Of a stretch of 64,000 nucleotides of DNA, positions 14,522 through 30,000 are shown piece after piece (position 1 is the first letter of the stretch; each line of letters opens with the position of its first letter). This DNA is from Chrysomallon squamiferum (Eukaryota > Animalia > Mollusca): NCBI GenBank assembly GCA_012295275.1, contig CM022677.1:7998001-8062000 (forward strand), written 5' to 3'. Below the pieces are notes generated by a model. That model was not told the origin of the DNA and searched no databases. It was given only the letters and a program-made list of their open reading frames with translations. Made by a program: the position numbers and the translations under genes.

Positions 14522-15929
14522 TTTAACTTTTGCGAACGAAGACAACCGTAATAGCCATTCCATACAACGTCTTTGATAGAAAAAAAAAGCAGATTTAATA
14601 ACGATATTGTTATATTTGGCGACATACATTCTTGTTATACAAAATATGATGGTGTAGCAGCCAGTGCAGAAATGTTTTTGTCTGTTTTATGACAGCATTG
14701 ACTGTCTGAGCACACTGAGGTGGAGAAACATTTCCCTAGTCACCTCCTTTACTCCTTTTTATCTTTACAGACCTAACACAATAGAAATATGCTGTAATAA
14801 AATCGTTTATCATTGTTAATCTTCATGTATTTAGTCATTTCATATCCTAACAACATAAATGTATTTGTCTTGACTCATTATTTCATTACATTGTGTCACT
14901 TTTCACTTGATTCACTTTAATCACTCTTTTATACAGTTTTAAACAGACACGCACACACACGCACACACACTAATATTAATAATCAAAAGAAATGTTAACA
15001 CAGTACAATTGAAATTTTACAAATATAATAAAATATAATAAAACATATTAACTTTCATGTTTTTATTTAACATTTCAGCGCGCTAGGAAAAGACACCCGA
15101 AAAAAAAAAAAAAAACATTTAAAGAAAAGTAATATTCTACCATTACCTGTATATATAAAAAAGTCAACTCTTCATGATTCTTAGAATCTACATTTAACAT
15201 TTAAATAAAAGTAGAAATCCAACCTCCCCCCCCCGAAATAAAAAATTATATGAGAGTAATCTCCCTTCAGCTATAGTTTGTTTCTTTCTTCTGTTTGTGG
15301 GGTTCTCGGTGTACGTCATTGCACACCACAGAAAATTGCTGATAACGAAACGTCGTATATAGCTGTATAATGAGTAATAAATGTAAATGTCTAGGTACGT
15401 TCCAGGAATATCAGTTTAACCAGTTTGCATACTATAAACAAAATACCATATCTATGAACATGTGATAAATAACTAAAATATAAACAATAAAAATAAATAC
15501 AGTGCACGCTGTCAAAATCGGATGATTCAATGAGAACAACGTGATATACCGTTTTAGACAGAGAGCTTTTTCTAAAGATTAAAATAACATAAAACTGGAA
15601 TTTTTTTTTTTTTATTACAAATGTTAATGGTCTATCAGTTGTCAGAGGATAAACAGTCTGTCATTGATGACTGCGTTTTTTTTGTTTGTTTGTTTAAGTT
15701 TTAATTTTTTTATTTTTTTTTTATATTTCTTTCTCTGTCATGACCTCCAAGTTTAACATTAATTGCAAAAGCTGCTTTTGATAACAACTGATTTCAGATA
15801 TTTTTAAAAGTGGCATAGAAACTGTTTTAATGTCTTAAATTTCAGCATCACTTTTAAAATCATTATAGAGAACAATTTTCGGTGAGAAATGCAGAATCTC
15901 TTCTTTAGCAGGCTTAAGAATTAGAAGCA

Positions 15930-16280
15930 GATTTTTGATATTGCAATGGTAACACATTTCAAACGATGTCGCTGTCGTACTTTAATAACGTCTTCACCAC
16001 GACAGAGAGCATCGAAAGTTGTTTTTTCTTTAACTCTGCCATTTTTTCTCTTTTCTTTCCTAAGTTTTGATATACTTGAATACTTTTTTCTTCTGTTCGG
16101 AGCACGTTCTAGTTCAGGAGCTAACATTAACGGTTTATTTGTCAAATTTAAAACGTGTTCTGTCTGTCCCGCTTATTCTTTACCGTGTATGTCATAGTCA
16201 TGAAGTTCTAACCGAGATACGTTCTGAATTTTTTCTGTTCTTACTTTCTCAAGACTTATCTCAATCCAGATATGTACAGA
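15930..16280 (-). pseudogene. P4HA: Prolyl 4-hydroxylase alpha subunit fragment (peptide-substrate-binding/TPR region), apparently intronless
   Basis: Minus strand reads WIEISLEKVRTEKIQNVSRLELHDY..AGQTEHVLNLTNKPLMLAPELERAPN...EKTTFDALCRGEDVIKVRQRHRLKC, matching the P4HA pattern W.E.AL...LDYL....G....AL.LT..LL...P.H.RA...YE.LCRGE....L.C. Frameshifted. Confidence 0.65.
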
Positions 16281-16385
16281 AGAAAATATCATTTTTAAAT
16301 TTCAGGAAATGCGCTGGGTATATTTTAGATAAATACTTTTTCTAAGCTGGAGTCAGTGAGATGGAGAAAGATGAAAGTGATTTTC

Positions 16386-17345
16386 ATTAATTACACCACA
16401 CACTGTGTTTTTAATTTTCTGGTAATTAATATTTAACCAGTAAACTTTAAGAAATGTGGTACTTATTCGTCCTAATGATTTTAATTTTAATACCGACTGC
16501 ACAATTTAAACAATGGAGATTGGATATTTATATCATATTAGGCGTATTATGTAGATGAGAAGGCGGCAGTTTAATCTGATATTTTAAAAGCTTCAGGTAA
16601 AATTTTACTGATAACTGGAGGAGAATCATTATTATTTACTTGATAGTAAAGACATTATTGTTATGTTTTAGTAGGATGAAATAAATGATATATTTCGTCT
16701 AGCTAACGTAATTCACGTTTTATATATAAAACCTGCGACGTTTATTGATTCTTAGTGAAAATAATGTGATGTTTTGTTATGTTTTACCTCTATTTTGCAT
16801 CATAAAATATACAATCTTACCTGACGTATTTAAAATATCAGATTAAACTAGCGCCATCTCAAATACATATATAATGATTCATACTATCAATATCCAAAAT
16901 CCATTATATAAATTGTATTAAAATTAAAATTATATTTATTTATTTCAATTAAAGATAATCAATGTAAATAGTGGTATTCATAATATTTCAAGCTATTTTT
17001 GATTTAATCTCAGTTTATAAAACTGAAATCTTGTTAATTTATAGAACGTAAATTCCGTCCAGCAATTTGTCAATAGAAAACTACAATAATACGATTTGTA
17101 TCATGACTTGACTTTTGGAAGAATAAAACTGGACAGCAGAATTTTTAATGAAACACGTGTTATCCAGACAGTCAGCTACACGTCTGCACAGCCCGACTTG
17201 TCTTCACAAGTTTCACCCAAACGTTTCTTCACAAAACACACGCCGTTGTACAGGACGAACAAGAACCACATTTCTTAAAATATTCTGCTTAAATATTAAT
17301 TACCAGAAAAAATGTAATTAAAAACACAGTCTGTGTTGTAATTAT
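16386..17345. mobile_element. Foldback/MITE-like element with long nested inverted repeats
   Basis: 16386-16473 (ATTACACCACACACTGTGTTTTTAATT..CTGGTAATTAATATTTAA..AAGAAATGTGG) is inverted at 17251-17345. Inner arms 16520-16605 and 16815-16905. A related copy lies at ~32175-32880. Confidence 0.65.
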
Positions 17346-17457
17346 TGATAATCACCTTCATCGTACTTATGCTTAGAAAAAGTACATTTCCTAAAATACA
17401 TATAACGCTTTGTCTGGAAGTAAAAAATTATATTTTCTTCTATTACTACTACTATCA

Positions 17458-17553
<96 letters not shown>

Positions 17554-20500
17554 AATAAAACGAAAACAAAAATTAAGGATTTTGTTAATAATACGAATCT
17601 GGAAATCTAACTCGCTAAGTATCAACTCTACAGCTACTGTTGAAAAAAGGGTACATAATTCTTTAGTTCACTGCAGCACATTATGTTCTGTTTTTGATTC
17701 ACGGTTTTAGAGATTTAGTTTTATCTGTAATAATAATGTGATTTTTTGTTCTTGTATAATCTCTAATACAGTCAATACAAATTACATTGATCCACAAGCG
17801 CGCGCATTAATTCTGATTATCCACTGATCTTCTATAAAACAAAATATTTGTCTTGCGCATTCTGCGTTAGTAAATGTCAGTAATGTGTCAAGTTATAAAA
17901 TGTCATTTTATTAATCTATCCTTTTCTGACCTTTTCAAGTATTAAAATAAAATAATAAAATCCAGAAACCCATTTAATATGTTCAATACACAGGTCTCAC
18001 CTACATACTAAATTATAAATAATGTTTTTTATTATACGATGTAAATATTTATTTATTTATTTATTTATTATTATTATTATCAAATAATTGTCTCGCTGAC
18101 TTTCTTTTTTTTATTATTATTATTTTCTGTTTGTCAATAAAGAGGATTGAAAAGTTGATATCTCCTGGTTACTTGTCTGTGTGACGCTATAGCTACGTCA
18201 TAAAATATATTGACATCCAGACAGGGGCGATGATGTTAACTTTTCAAGTGTTATGGTTATTGAGAAGTAAAGAAATCGAATAAAGATTAAAATTTTATTT
18301 TATTTATATTACTATTGTTGTTGTCGTTGTCGTTGTTGTTGTTGTTTTATGTGTGTACTGTAGCTTTATAGTAAACATTACAGGTGTGATTTTACTGCCA
18401 AAACACAATGTACACAATTTTATAAAGAGCAGTAGAATTATATGAGAATATCGAGAAGGCTTCCATACTAATGTGATATTTTATTAACAGAACTTGTTTC
18501 ACAGAACAGCTAAGTAGGAGTAATTTTACACGGCGTTATGAAAATAAGATGCAACTTCAGTACCGCCATCACTATTTATTTTACATGTTTTATGTTGTAA
18601 ACAGAGGCGTAGCGGTAATATTATGTATTGTTTGTTAATTAACAATATCAGATCATTTTATTTTGCATAATAAATAAAGAAAGAAAGAAAGAAAGAAATA
18701 AATAATAAGCTTAAGTTTTCATTAACAGGTATAACGTATCTAACAAGTTGAATAATGAATCAACGTTTAATAATGCGTATTATTCTTCTTTTTTTGTATT
18801 AAGATATTAATTGCAGTTGAGAGGTGAGCGGCTAGATTAAGATGAATTAACTTCATCATGTTATTAATATTTGCAAGTGCATCTTTCTTAAATACTAGAA
18901 CAGTATAGAATATAGAGAAACATTAATAGACGTTTTTATTATTAAAAGTAAAGTGAAAAGGCGAGGATGCGCGACATGAATCTTGTTTATTATAACACAA
19001 GTTCTGTAAATATACTGCGCTATTACAGATTCATTCTTAATTAACTGTAGAAAGTGATATTCTATTATATGCCCTAAAAATTAAATTGATAATTAGACAA
19101 TTAATATTCAACTAGATATAATCTAGAGAGCTATATATAAATGTAAAATATTAGGGTTCTTTCGCTGAATTTAAATGCTTTAGTATAAACAGGTCTGGTT
19201 GAAGCAAATAAACTGTAAATATTGTCGTTCAGTTCCATTATATGTGGTAAACAGCGTTCATCATAATAACAAGAACATTTTTTGTTCATTACTGCAATAC
19301 AAAGGACATTTCAGTTGCCGTTTACAGGGACAAATAAATAAATAAATTAATTTATTAATATTAATATTAAAAGATCCTTCAGTACTTTTGCGTGAAACAT
19401 TTAATAATAAAAAAACATTTAATAATAATTTGTATTATGTAATAAAATCTGTGACATGTTTCTGTCTCCCACACACACACACACGCAGAACATGTGACTG
19501 TCCTCAGTAACGAACTGCCTCTGTTACCCTGCAGCAGCAACTGAGCCAAAAGTACTTGAGCGAAATCTCAAACAGTTTGAGGAGAGTTTTCAGAAACAGT
19601 TTCTGACTTACTTTTCACAACAACTGCAGAGAGGGGTAAGTTATGAGGATTACTATGCTGATGAGCGTCTTACAGGAGCAGCATTTACATCTTGTGATGA
19701 TGTGTGTCATCAGCTGTCATATTCACATCCCGCTCCGACTCAATAAAAGGACAACAAGTAAGTAGAAGGAGAGAAGTGATCAGTCGATGAACATTCTCAC
19801 TTACGGTTTACAAAACTGGTTCTCATTATCGGGGAGATGTTTAGAAAGATTTATTGCTGGGTTACGGCTATTACAGATATATATGCTATATGTCGTTTGT
19901 GTTACATGTAGTGGATCTGTAGAGCTATACCTTTTGAATCCAATATCTGTGGACATTTTTCGCCAGGTCACCAAATGTGACCAAAGTTCCGTTTAGGCGA
20001 CTGTGATGTTAAAAACACTATATATTAGTCGTGCAAAAAAACAACAACACATTAATGCTAAAGTGAAGCCAGCTAACATTTCCAACCTTAACGTTATAGA
20101 GTTATCGGTTGGTTAACAAAACAGTTTATCACAGGCGAGAGTTTGCTATTCTTTTTCCTTATTAATTCAAGTATTAGTTCGCTAAAGTGAAGCCAACGAA
20201 CAAATCTAGCGAACTTTTACACCGTCAGGTTAAAGAATTATCGGTTGGTTAACGGAACAAGTTATCATGGGAAATAACTCTAAAACCTTGTATTTGCTAT
20301 TGTTTTTCTATTCAATTCCAGTAGGGTTTCTTACCCGGAATATAAAGAAAACAGTTTGTTTGAACATTTATTACCAGCTGATTTAAATAACTAGGACTCA
20401 CTTTTTCTGGCTATTTTAATTAATAAAGAATTTTGTTATTTCATTTTAGATGTTGGCAAAATAAGGTAAGCCAATACATCGAGTTTATTGAACTATGAGC

Positions 20501-20769
20501 AAATCTGTTCACTGGAAAAATGTGGACATAGAAATAAGTAATATTTCATGGTTTTAGAAATTCCATAGCTACAGTTTGGCGTTGTGCTTATTTTGTGTTT
20601 GAATTTGATTGAGTTTAGATTAGTTGAGTAGCTAATTCTGTGTTTGGTAAGGTTCTTCTGTAGTTTCCTACTAAAATTATTTTGGAATTTGAAGATGAAA
20701 GCTGTAACTAATGTGATTTTGTATCTTTACTATTCACCCACTCCCGTCCACAATTCAATATGGCTGCCT

Positions 20770-22650
20770 GTTTGTTCAAGGCAGTGCATCGTGCCTAGTA
20801 TCTTACAGTCTGTGGTATGTACTACCCTGTCAGTGAGTCTGTTTGCTCAAGGCAATGCATCGTGTTTAGTTTTTATTATTACAGACTATGGTATGTACTA
20901 TCCCGTCAGTGAGTTTGTTCAAGGCAGTCGATCGTGTCTAGTATTACAGAATGTGGTATGTACTAACCTGCCAGTCAGTCTGTTTGTTCAAGGCAGTGCA
21001 TCGTGCCTACTATATTACTGAATGTGATATGTACTACCCTGTCAGTGAGTTTGTTCAATGCAGTCTATCGTGTCTAGTATTACAGACTGTGGTATGTACT
21101 ATCCTGTCAGTGAGACTGTTTATTCAAGGCAGTGCATCGTGTCTACAAACTGTGGTATGTACCATTCTGTCAGTGAGTCTGTTCAAGCCAGTGCATCTGT
21201 CTAGTACATTACAGTCTGTGGTATGTACTACCCTGTCAGTGAGTCTGTTCAGCCAGTGCATCGTGTCTAGTATATTACAAACTGTGGTATGTTCTATCCT
21301 GTCAGTGAGTCTGTTCAAGGCAGTTGATCGTGCCTACCACATTACAGACTGTGGTATGTACTATCCTGTCACTGAGTCTGTTCAAGACAGTGCACCGTGT
21401 CTAGTATCCTACAGACTGGTATGTCCTATCCTATCAGTGAGCCTGTTTGTTGAAGGCAGTGCAGTATATCTAGTATTACAGACTGTGGTATGTACTACAC
21501 TGTCAGTGAGTCTGTTCAAGGGATTGCACTGTATCTAGTATTACAGACTGTGGCATGTACTACCCTGTCAGTGTGTCTGTTTGTTCAAGGCAGTGCATCG
21601 TGTTTAGTATATTACAGACTGTGGCATGTACTACCCTGACAGTGAGTTTCTTTCTTCAAGGCAATGCATCGTGTTTAGTAAATTACAGAGTGTGGTATGT
21701 ACTACCCTGTCAGTGAGTTTCTTTCTTCAAGGCAATGCATCGTGTTTAGTAAATTACAGAGTGTGGTATGTACTATCCTGTCAGTGAGTCTGTTCAAGGC
21801 AGTGCATCGTCTCTAGAATATTACAGACTGTGGTATGTACTATCCTGCCAGTGGATCGTGTCTAGTATTACAGAATGTGGTATGTACTATCCTGTCAGTG
21901 AGTCTGTTGAAGGCAGTGCATCGTGTCTACAAACTGTGGTATGTACTACCCTCACAGTGAGTCTGTATGTTCAAGGCAGTGCATCGTGTTTAGTATATTA
22001 CAGACTGTGGTATGTACTACCCTGTCAGTGAGTCTGTTTCTTCAAGGCAATGCATCGTGTTTAGTATATTACAGAGTGTGGTATGTACTACCCTTTCAGT
22101 GAGTCTGTTTGTTTAAGGCAATGCATCGTGTTTAGTTGTTGTTACAGACAGTGGTATGCACTACCCTGTCAGTGAGTCTGTTCAAGGCAGTGCACTGTAT
22201 CTGGTATTACAGACTGTGGAATGTACTATCCTGTCAGTGAGTATGTTTGTTCAAAGCAGTGCACCGTGTCTATTATATTACAGACAGTGGTATGTACTAC
22301 CCTGTCAGTGAGTATGTTTGTTCAAAGCAGTGCACCGTGTCTATTATATTACAGACAGTGGTATGTACTACCCTGTCAGTGAATCTGTTCAAGGCAGTGC
22401 ATCGTGTCTAATATATTACAGACTGTGGTATGTACTACCCTGTCAGTGAGTCTGTTCAAAGCAGTGCACTGTATCTAGTATTGTAGACACTGTGGTATGT
22501 ACTACCCTATCAGTGAGTCTGTTCAACACAGTGTGTCGTGTCTAGTATATTATAGACTGTGGTATGTACTACCCTGTCAGTGAGTATGTTTGTTCAAGGC
22601 AGTGCATTGTGTCTAGTTGTTGTTATAGACTGTGGTATGTACTATCCTGT
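20770..22650. repeat. Satellite array, ~65-75 bp unit (CAGACTGTGGTATGTACTACCCTGTCAGTGAGTCTGTTCAAGGCAGTGCATCGTGTCTAGTATTA)
   Basis: More than 25 diverged tandem copies. Confidence 0.92.
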
Positions 22651-23194
22651 CTGTGGTTTTTATATGAGGTCATTCATAGAAACTTACAGCAATATTAATT
22701 GAAAATGGTATTGTTAAAAACAGAACTAAAAGAATATAAAATCTAAAAGTATTTAATACTTGTTGTTTTTGTTAGTCACTGAGTGATACATGTAAATTGG
22801 ACCATTCATGAATTGTTTTTTTTATATGCTATTTATTTTAAAATACTTTAAATTTTAACATGTGTTTAATGTAAAATGACTTTTTAAGCATATATTCAAA
22901 TCTGCAATTTCTCCATATTATTTAAGTGAAAAAACTAAATAACTGTCTAACATGAATAAAGTATTATAACTAACTTTGACCTAGGTAATCAAATTTAAAA
23001 AAAAACAAGCAAATAATAAACACATCCACAAAACACATGCACACACACTGACACACAAAACCCAAGGTAAAAGTGCTTTATCATGTTAACACATGGTGGA
23101 GAGGAAGTTTTGTATCTGTTTATCAGTGAGTTTCTTTCTAAACAAAAACATTTTACACAGACATTGTATAAATCACTAACAACAATTTTTCTTT

Positions 23195-23388
23195 TGTCTG
23201 CACCTGACACGAGAATGGAAACAGGACAAGGACAGTTTTATCTTGTTGTTATTGTAAGTGTGGTTTATGTAGCCCTGCTGGCTTTTGGAGCAGAACAAGT
23301 GTCCTCAATACAGAACTCACAGCTTGTCAAACATTTCCATACAAAGACAGCATGAAAGAATATCATCGGAATCTGAAGCTGTTGCCAT
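23195..23388 (-). pseudogene. TRIM-type N-terminal RING-finger exon, decayed
   Basis: After an acceptor AG (23391-23392): MATASDSDDILSCCLCMEMFDKL*VLY*GHLFCSKSQQGYINH, i.e. CxxC...CGHxFCxxC with stops or substitutions at conserved positions. Confidence 0.6.
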
Positions 23389-23550
23389 ATCTGTTAATAA
23401 TAAAAAAATAATAATACCAACAACAAAAACAACAACAACAACAACATCAGCAGCATCAGCAAGGACATGGAAGACTCGAGAAGATAAAAAAGAAAATACA
23501 AAGAAAGGAAAATGTAAGAAAATAAAAGAAAAAGAAAATAATAATAATAA

Positions 23551-23581
<31 letters not shown>

Positions 23582-23923
23582 CATAATCATAATGATAAAA
23601 AGAACAAAAAAAAGCCAACACAATGCCATCCTTACTTAAGTACATCAGTGACAACAAAGATATGAATAAATTCGTAACAGCTCTCAATTCAGCAACAAAT
23701 AATTTACATTATTTTTTCTTACAAAAATCTGAATTAACAGTCTTTTTCATCAATGTTTATCTGATTAGGGCTAATAAAAAAATTAAAAAATGCAAGTAAT
23801 GAGATAACAGTTAACATTAGCTTCTGACAAAAATATTACATTCTGATTATTTTTTACCTCAATTGTTAAACAAATATCATTATCATCTTTGTCAATTAAA
23901 GAGAAAAGACAGTGTCAACTCAC

Positions 23924-25030
23924 TTGTTCTCTTCAAGTTCTGTCTGATATTTTTTGTGTGATTGTTTAATGTTCCCAACATGAGTAACCATTACCTCCAT
24001 TTTACAACTGAGTCTCATCTCCCTAAAAAAACACACACAATTATATTTGAACTGATTTTACTTGTAGAATTGTCTGGTTAATAATTATTGCTCCTTTTAT
24101 AAATAAAAAAAAAAAATAATAAAAAAATAAAGTATAAAGAATTTTAGAATCAGAGTGTGATCTGATATGATTTTTATAATTGCTGTGTCATTTCACGACA
24201 GGTTTCGTTATAACTGAACAAATATTTATTCCTTTGTCATTCTACGGATTCTTTCAATAAATGATTTTTTACATGCAGACAAAGCATCATTTTACAATAA
24301 TCTGCTATTCATTTTCAGTGCAAGATTTTACAAAAACAAATATATTATATTTTTCTGCATGTTGCTTAATTCAGTATAAGAAAAACTATTTTGTATAGAA
24401 TTTTGTGAAAGACTGAAAAAATATTTAAATCTGAAATAAAATGGAAAGGTTCACAATGAATAATGTATTTAAATACCTGCTGGACAGCACCAAATACTTC
24501 AACTCTACTGGAGACTTGAGCTGCTCTTTGTTCCAAAATGTCAATCTGAGTTTGTATTTATCAACAATTTCTTGACAAGCTGATTTAATTTCTGAAAATA
24601 AAAAGTTTAAATCCACAGATTAGTATATTGGTTTCTTCAATTCCTATAAATACATGATGAAAGATCTGAATGTCATTCAGTAAATACTGACATTTCTTTG
24701 TTATTAAACAATTCAATAAATTAACTCTGCATGAATCAATATAATTATAGTAAACAAAAAATTGAAATATAACCTTTTTTAAATATTTTGTTTTGTATTC
24801 TAATGAGATTTAATGATGCAGTTATCAATTCACATTATTTAATGAAAGAAAAGCTAGACATGACAAATCTGTCAAATAAATTTGAATCATATAATTAAAG
24901 CTAAAGTAGAATTTTTTCATTCAGAAACACCTTCAACAGAATTAGCATAGATCTGTTTTTCTTTCTGAACTGATTTCACACATACCTCAACATCATTCCT
25001 TAAGCCATGTAGTTCTTGGTCCAATTTGTG
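23924..25030 (-). pseudogene. LRMP: IRAG/LRMP (MRVI1/Jaw1 family) coiled-coil exons, decayed
   Basis: Exon 24477-24591 reads EIKSACQEIVDK(fs)QTQIDILEQRAAQVSSRVEVFGAVQQ and exon 23924-24022 reads EMRLSCKMEVMVTHVGNIKQSHKKYQTELEEN. Matches the family motif SSRAE..GA..QE.R.SKA.EVM..HVENLKR.Y.K.HAEL.E. GT/AG boundaries present. Confidence 0.7.
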
Positions 25031-26371
25031 GGAGTTAAAAACAAAACTGTTTTGATTACTCCTAGTACAAATATAAGCTAAAAAGAAATAAAACAATGCT
25101 AATGGAAGTAAACTAAGTCACCTGCTGCTCAACTTCCAGGATTTTATCTTTGCCACAGTCATCTGCCAAGTGTTTCATTTTAATGTTTTTGTTTGCCTGG
25201 TTTTAGCATGTTCAAGTGTTTCAAGTTTTTTCTCCTGATATTTGACTGTTGAGATTGGTGACCTGGTGGAAGAGTCTCCAAGTTAATGCTGCCAGAATTG
25301 ATGTGGTTGGCTACAAAGTCCAAATAAATAAAAAACTGTAAAATATAAAATAAATAAAATACTGCTACTATTACATTTACTGCAACTACTATACTACTTT
25401 TACTACCCTCATTACTGTAACTAATATTTACTATTATTCCTTATTTATCTAGGATTTCTGTTATTTTTTACTCTCTTCACTATTATACCTATGCCTGAAT
25501 TTCTTTATACTAATATTATTATAATTACTACAACAACAACTATGACTACTGTTACTACCTATCACTGCTGTTACTCTACTCTTCTTGTTAAATTTATCAT
25601 TTCTCTAAAAACAACTACTATTAGTACTGCTACTACTGCTACTACCACAACTACTGTTTCCCAGGTTGTCCTCCAGGTGCTGTCAGTTTAATCAGGAAGC
25701 TGTCTGCAACTGAAGGGAGACAATTACAAGATGATACAATTTTCTCCACTGACTTCTTGACAGTGAGACCTTAAAATTAATTAAGTTTATATAAATAATT
25801 AAAAAAGAAAACAACATAACAGCAGCATGTGTCTGAGGTGAAAGACAGTTGCAGAGAGTAGAGAGAATATCAGGCAAGGGAGAAAGGTGTTTGAGACAAT
25901 TCTCTGCATTATGATTAATATATTTTTATAAGGTTGTATTGTTATTGTATGTCATGAAGTATAAATAGGTAGAGAAAATAAAGATGTAATTGAAGTGGAA
26001 CTTGTGTAGTTTTTGTGTGAGGGTGTTGTATGCACCTGGCCACAAATGGCATCACCTACAGGATTATCAGTTGTTTAAGTTTACAGACAATTGTTAAATT
26101 TAAAACAGGCAGTTGATAAATCTGAAATGAGAACAATGAAGAAACAATTAAAGTGTGAGGCAGCTGGACTTTCCAGAAAAATGCAGATGAAGACGAACTG
26201 AATATGATTGACGGAAAATGAAAGAAAGGGATAACTACCACAGAAAATACATTAATGAACTTAATTATGACAGAACCATTACTAATGCAGTTATTACCAC
26301 TGAGAAGTGAGATGTTCCCAGAGTTCTGAAATTGCAAAGGAACGAAAGATCAAAGAACATTAACAACACCT

Positions 26372-26446
<75 letters not shown>

Positions 26447-26629
26447 TATTATGACATAAACTGTGTGGTGGATAAACACTGACATCATCAGGATAATTAA
26501 CAGATTGATTCTGTGACTGTGTTGCTATTTTGTTGTGTTGCTTCACTTTATGTTTAAATGTAAATTGTCATTATTGGCCACACACTATGAAAGGTAGGTG
26601 ACTGTGAAATGTTTGAATGTGAACAGATA

Positions 26630-27080
26630 ATTGATATGAAATATCAATCAGCACAGCTCAATAAGAATACCGATGGTCTATTCAGGAAGAAATTTCATGG
26701 AATGACATCTACTTCAGTGGAAGCTGCTTTGAGAGATACTGCTAGTAGTACGGAAGTTCCACAGACAAAGAGTCATGTTCTAAACAGCGGTGGAAGAAAA
26801 GTCACACAGGCAACAGTCACAGCTGAACAGTTTAATGAGACTATGGAAGCCATAACCTCATTTCCCAGCTACTCTTTAGAAGAACTAGCAGTGATGCAGG
26901 CAAAAGACAAGTTAATAAAAAGACTGCTGAGACATGGCTAGAGGCAGAAAACAGTTCAGAGCTGAGAGGAAATTAGAAGAATCTGGGTTGTTAACACTAA
27001 TCCGAAAATGGGACAGATTATTTCTTGAAAACGGTGTAGTCTAAAGAAACATAAAGGACCCCAACTTGGGAATTTTGACA
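26630..27080 (+). mobile_element. Ty3/Gypsy pol fragment (downstream of RNase H), same family as the 60.2-62.1 kb element
   Basis: NKNTDGLFRKK...TSVEAALRDTASST...EELAVMQAKD. Nucleotide sequence is clearly similar to the reverse complement of ~60300-60600. Confidence 0.75.
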
Positions 27081-30000
27081 AAAAAAAGATACTGGTATCC
27101 CATGTTTTACTACTACAACAACAACAGAAGATGTAAGATATGTAGTTGATGTCTCACAACAACAATAAATATGGGTTATGCTAGTGTATGCTACAACAGC
27201 AGACATGTAGAGTATGTCTGACAAAAATAAATATAGTATGGCTACTGCTTTACCACTACAACAACAACATACATGTGGTGTATGTCTGACAACAACAATA
27301 AATATGGGTGTCCCTCATGTTTCATGACTACAACAGCAAACATGTAGTGTAAGTCTGAAACCAATAAATATGGTTATCCCTAGTGTTTTAACAACATCAC
27401 ACACATAGTTGATGTCTGACAACAATAAATATGTGTATCACTAGTGTTTTACCACTACACAAACAGCAGACAAGTAGTCGATGTCTGAAAACAATAAATA
27501 TAGGTTTCCCAAGTGTTAATGTCTACAACAGCAGTCCTGTAGTGGATGTATGACAACAATAAGTGTGGGTATTCCTGGTGTTTTACCACTATAACAACAG
27601 CAGACATGTAGACTGATTTAGGTATCACTAATGCTTACCACTATAATAATGGGTGACATGCGGCAAATGTGTGATAACAACTAAAAAGGTAATCATATTT
27701 GGCAATGTCTGTCAGTGATTAAAATAGCTATTAGAACAGGTGAACAAGGTCTGACAAAACCTAAAGAAAACCTAGTGAAACCTGTAATACCCTGAAGAAG
27801 ACTTCTGAAACAGTCTCCTCTTTGCTTCATAAAGTCCCACACTGAAGCAGGTTTTCCAAGGACCACTTTTCAAAAGTCACTTCTTAAATGAACTTCAACT
27901 TTTGCTTCATTTATATTCAAATAACCATATACTGTAAGTACTATTACAATATAATTCATAATCAATCCATTTTTTTAGGTCTATGTTTTCTGTAATTTAT
28001 TTGTATCTGTGACATATTTAATAATGTCATCTTAACCATAACAGTGTTGCCAATGTACAACACAAAACAATGTATTGAGATAATTTTCTCCCTGACTGAA
28101 ATTGGTTGTATTTTAATTACTGGTGCATATACATCACCCAAAGTATTTGTGACAATCTAACTGATCTAACATTATCAGCATTTATTATACACAGAAGATT
28201 TTACAATTTTTACTTTAAATCACAACTTGGCAAAATATGTGCATTGTTCAACATCTTTGGGACTCAACAGTCGGACTCCCAGTAGGTTTATTCCATTGCA
28301 GTCCAGCCATCCCCCTCCCCCACTTTTTTATTTCTGGATCCACCACTGAATTGGTTATTCCTATGTATGACCAATGTTTTGCAGTGATTAAGCTGGTTAT
28401 TCCTGATGTTTGGTGATAGAAATTCTGAAACCATAAAGTGTCTCTCATATCAAACATTTCATTTATCAAGGGGATATTATAATCTTTATGATTAAACAAA
28501 TATTCTTCAAATCTGTATTACAAACATGAAGATATCTGAATTATTCTACAAATCTCCCAGGACACAGAATGATCAGTCTGCATTCTGACACATTGACTTG
28601 TCATACTGACAGTTCCAGATAAAAAACAGTGTGAGCATACACAAAAGAACAGTTATGTGATAAAAAGTAAAAACTGAAAGATAGAATTTTTTTTCTGAAA
28701 TTTAAAAACAAAAACAAAATAATATCCATTCATGTTTTGAATTAAATGTTAAAACTGAAAAAGTATACTTGTACTAATGTTTACCATATTTTACACAAAT
28801 TTTAAGCATTTTTTATTAATATTTTTAATTTTAATTTGAACATATAATTAAAAAAATTATCAGATTTAAAACTATAACTAAAAATAAATAAAATGTTAAA
28901 AGGTTTGTGATTAAAACAACATTTATAACAAGTATGTGAACTTTTAATACAGTAATTAACAAATGTTAATTCCTATGAAGTCCATTATTTTAAAACTACT
29001 TTAATTCATATTAATTCTGTGTTTGTGTTTCTGTAAATTGTGGATTGTTATTATTAATTATTTCCCAGAGGTACCACTGTCCTTACTATATGTTTGTTTT
29101 ATATACAAGACAAACACTGCAGTCCAATAAAAATAAATAACTAAAATATTATCCAGTTAAAAAGCTCTATACTCTTTAAATAGTATTTTTCAGGTATGGT
29201 AATTAAATTAAGATAAAAGCAGTTTATGTCAAAAACTATATTTAATATTCTTAATTTTTAAAATTATTTTGATAAAAGTATTTTTCTCTTTAAAGACTTT
29301 TTTTTAGTAAAATTTTGGACATGTATGTTCATGTGTTTGCTTGTTTGATATTAATAGTTGTAACTGATCTGCTAGGACATTTTACAGTATCAAGAACAGC
29401 AAAAACCATGACCTTTGATTAATATGAACTGAATGTTTGTACTTGAATAAAACAAACAGTGGTTGTAAAAACAGCACTAACTGTTTAAAAGACAACTTGC
29501 ACAGATTTACAAATTAACTTTTAGTAACTTGTCTGCTGTAGATTAACTGACACTCTTCCATTAGGTCAATAATTATTATTATACTGTAGTAAAATTAAGC
29601 AAAAAATATTCTTGTGACTAGTGGATTGGTGAAAAAATATAACTTTATGTAGGATAAACTGAATGCATCATGTCAAAAAATAAAATAAAATAAAAAAATA
29701 AAAAGGGCAAGACAGGAAAAATATTTTTAGGATTTCTAGAGAATAAAAACCATGAATAGAATTAAAAACATGACTCCACATATTCATCTAAGGAAATTCA
29801 AGTGTGATTCTGAGGTCTCAAATGAACAGTAAACAAGAAGTAAAGCTGCTACATCATAACTAATGTAACTAATATTATAAAATTACTAACAAAAATATAT
29901 TTGTTCACTTACAGAGACCATACAGAAATGTATCAATGAAGTTTTTCCACATTTCATTTTGTGCCTTCTCTACCAAAATGCATTCTTTTTTGTTGACAGA

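Noticed and set aside
19790-20000. Possible kinase-like fragment on the minus strand
   Set aside because: Only vague resemblance. No intact HRD or DFG motifs.
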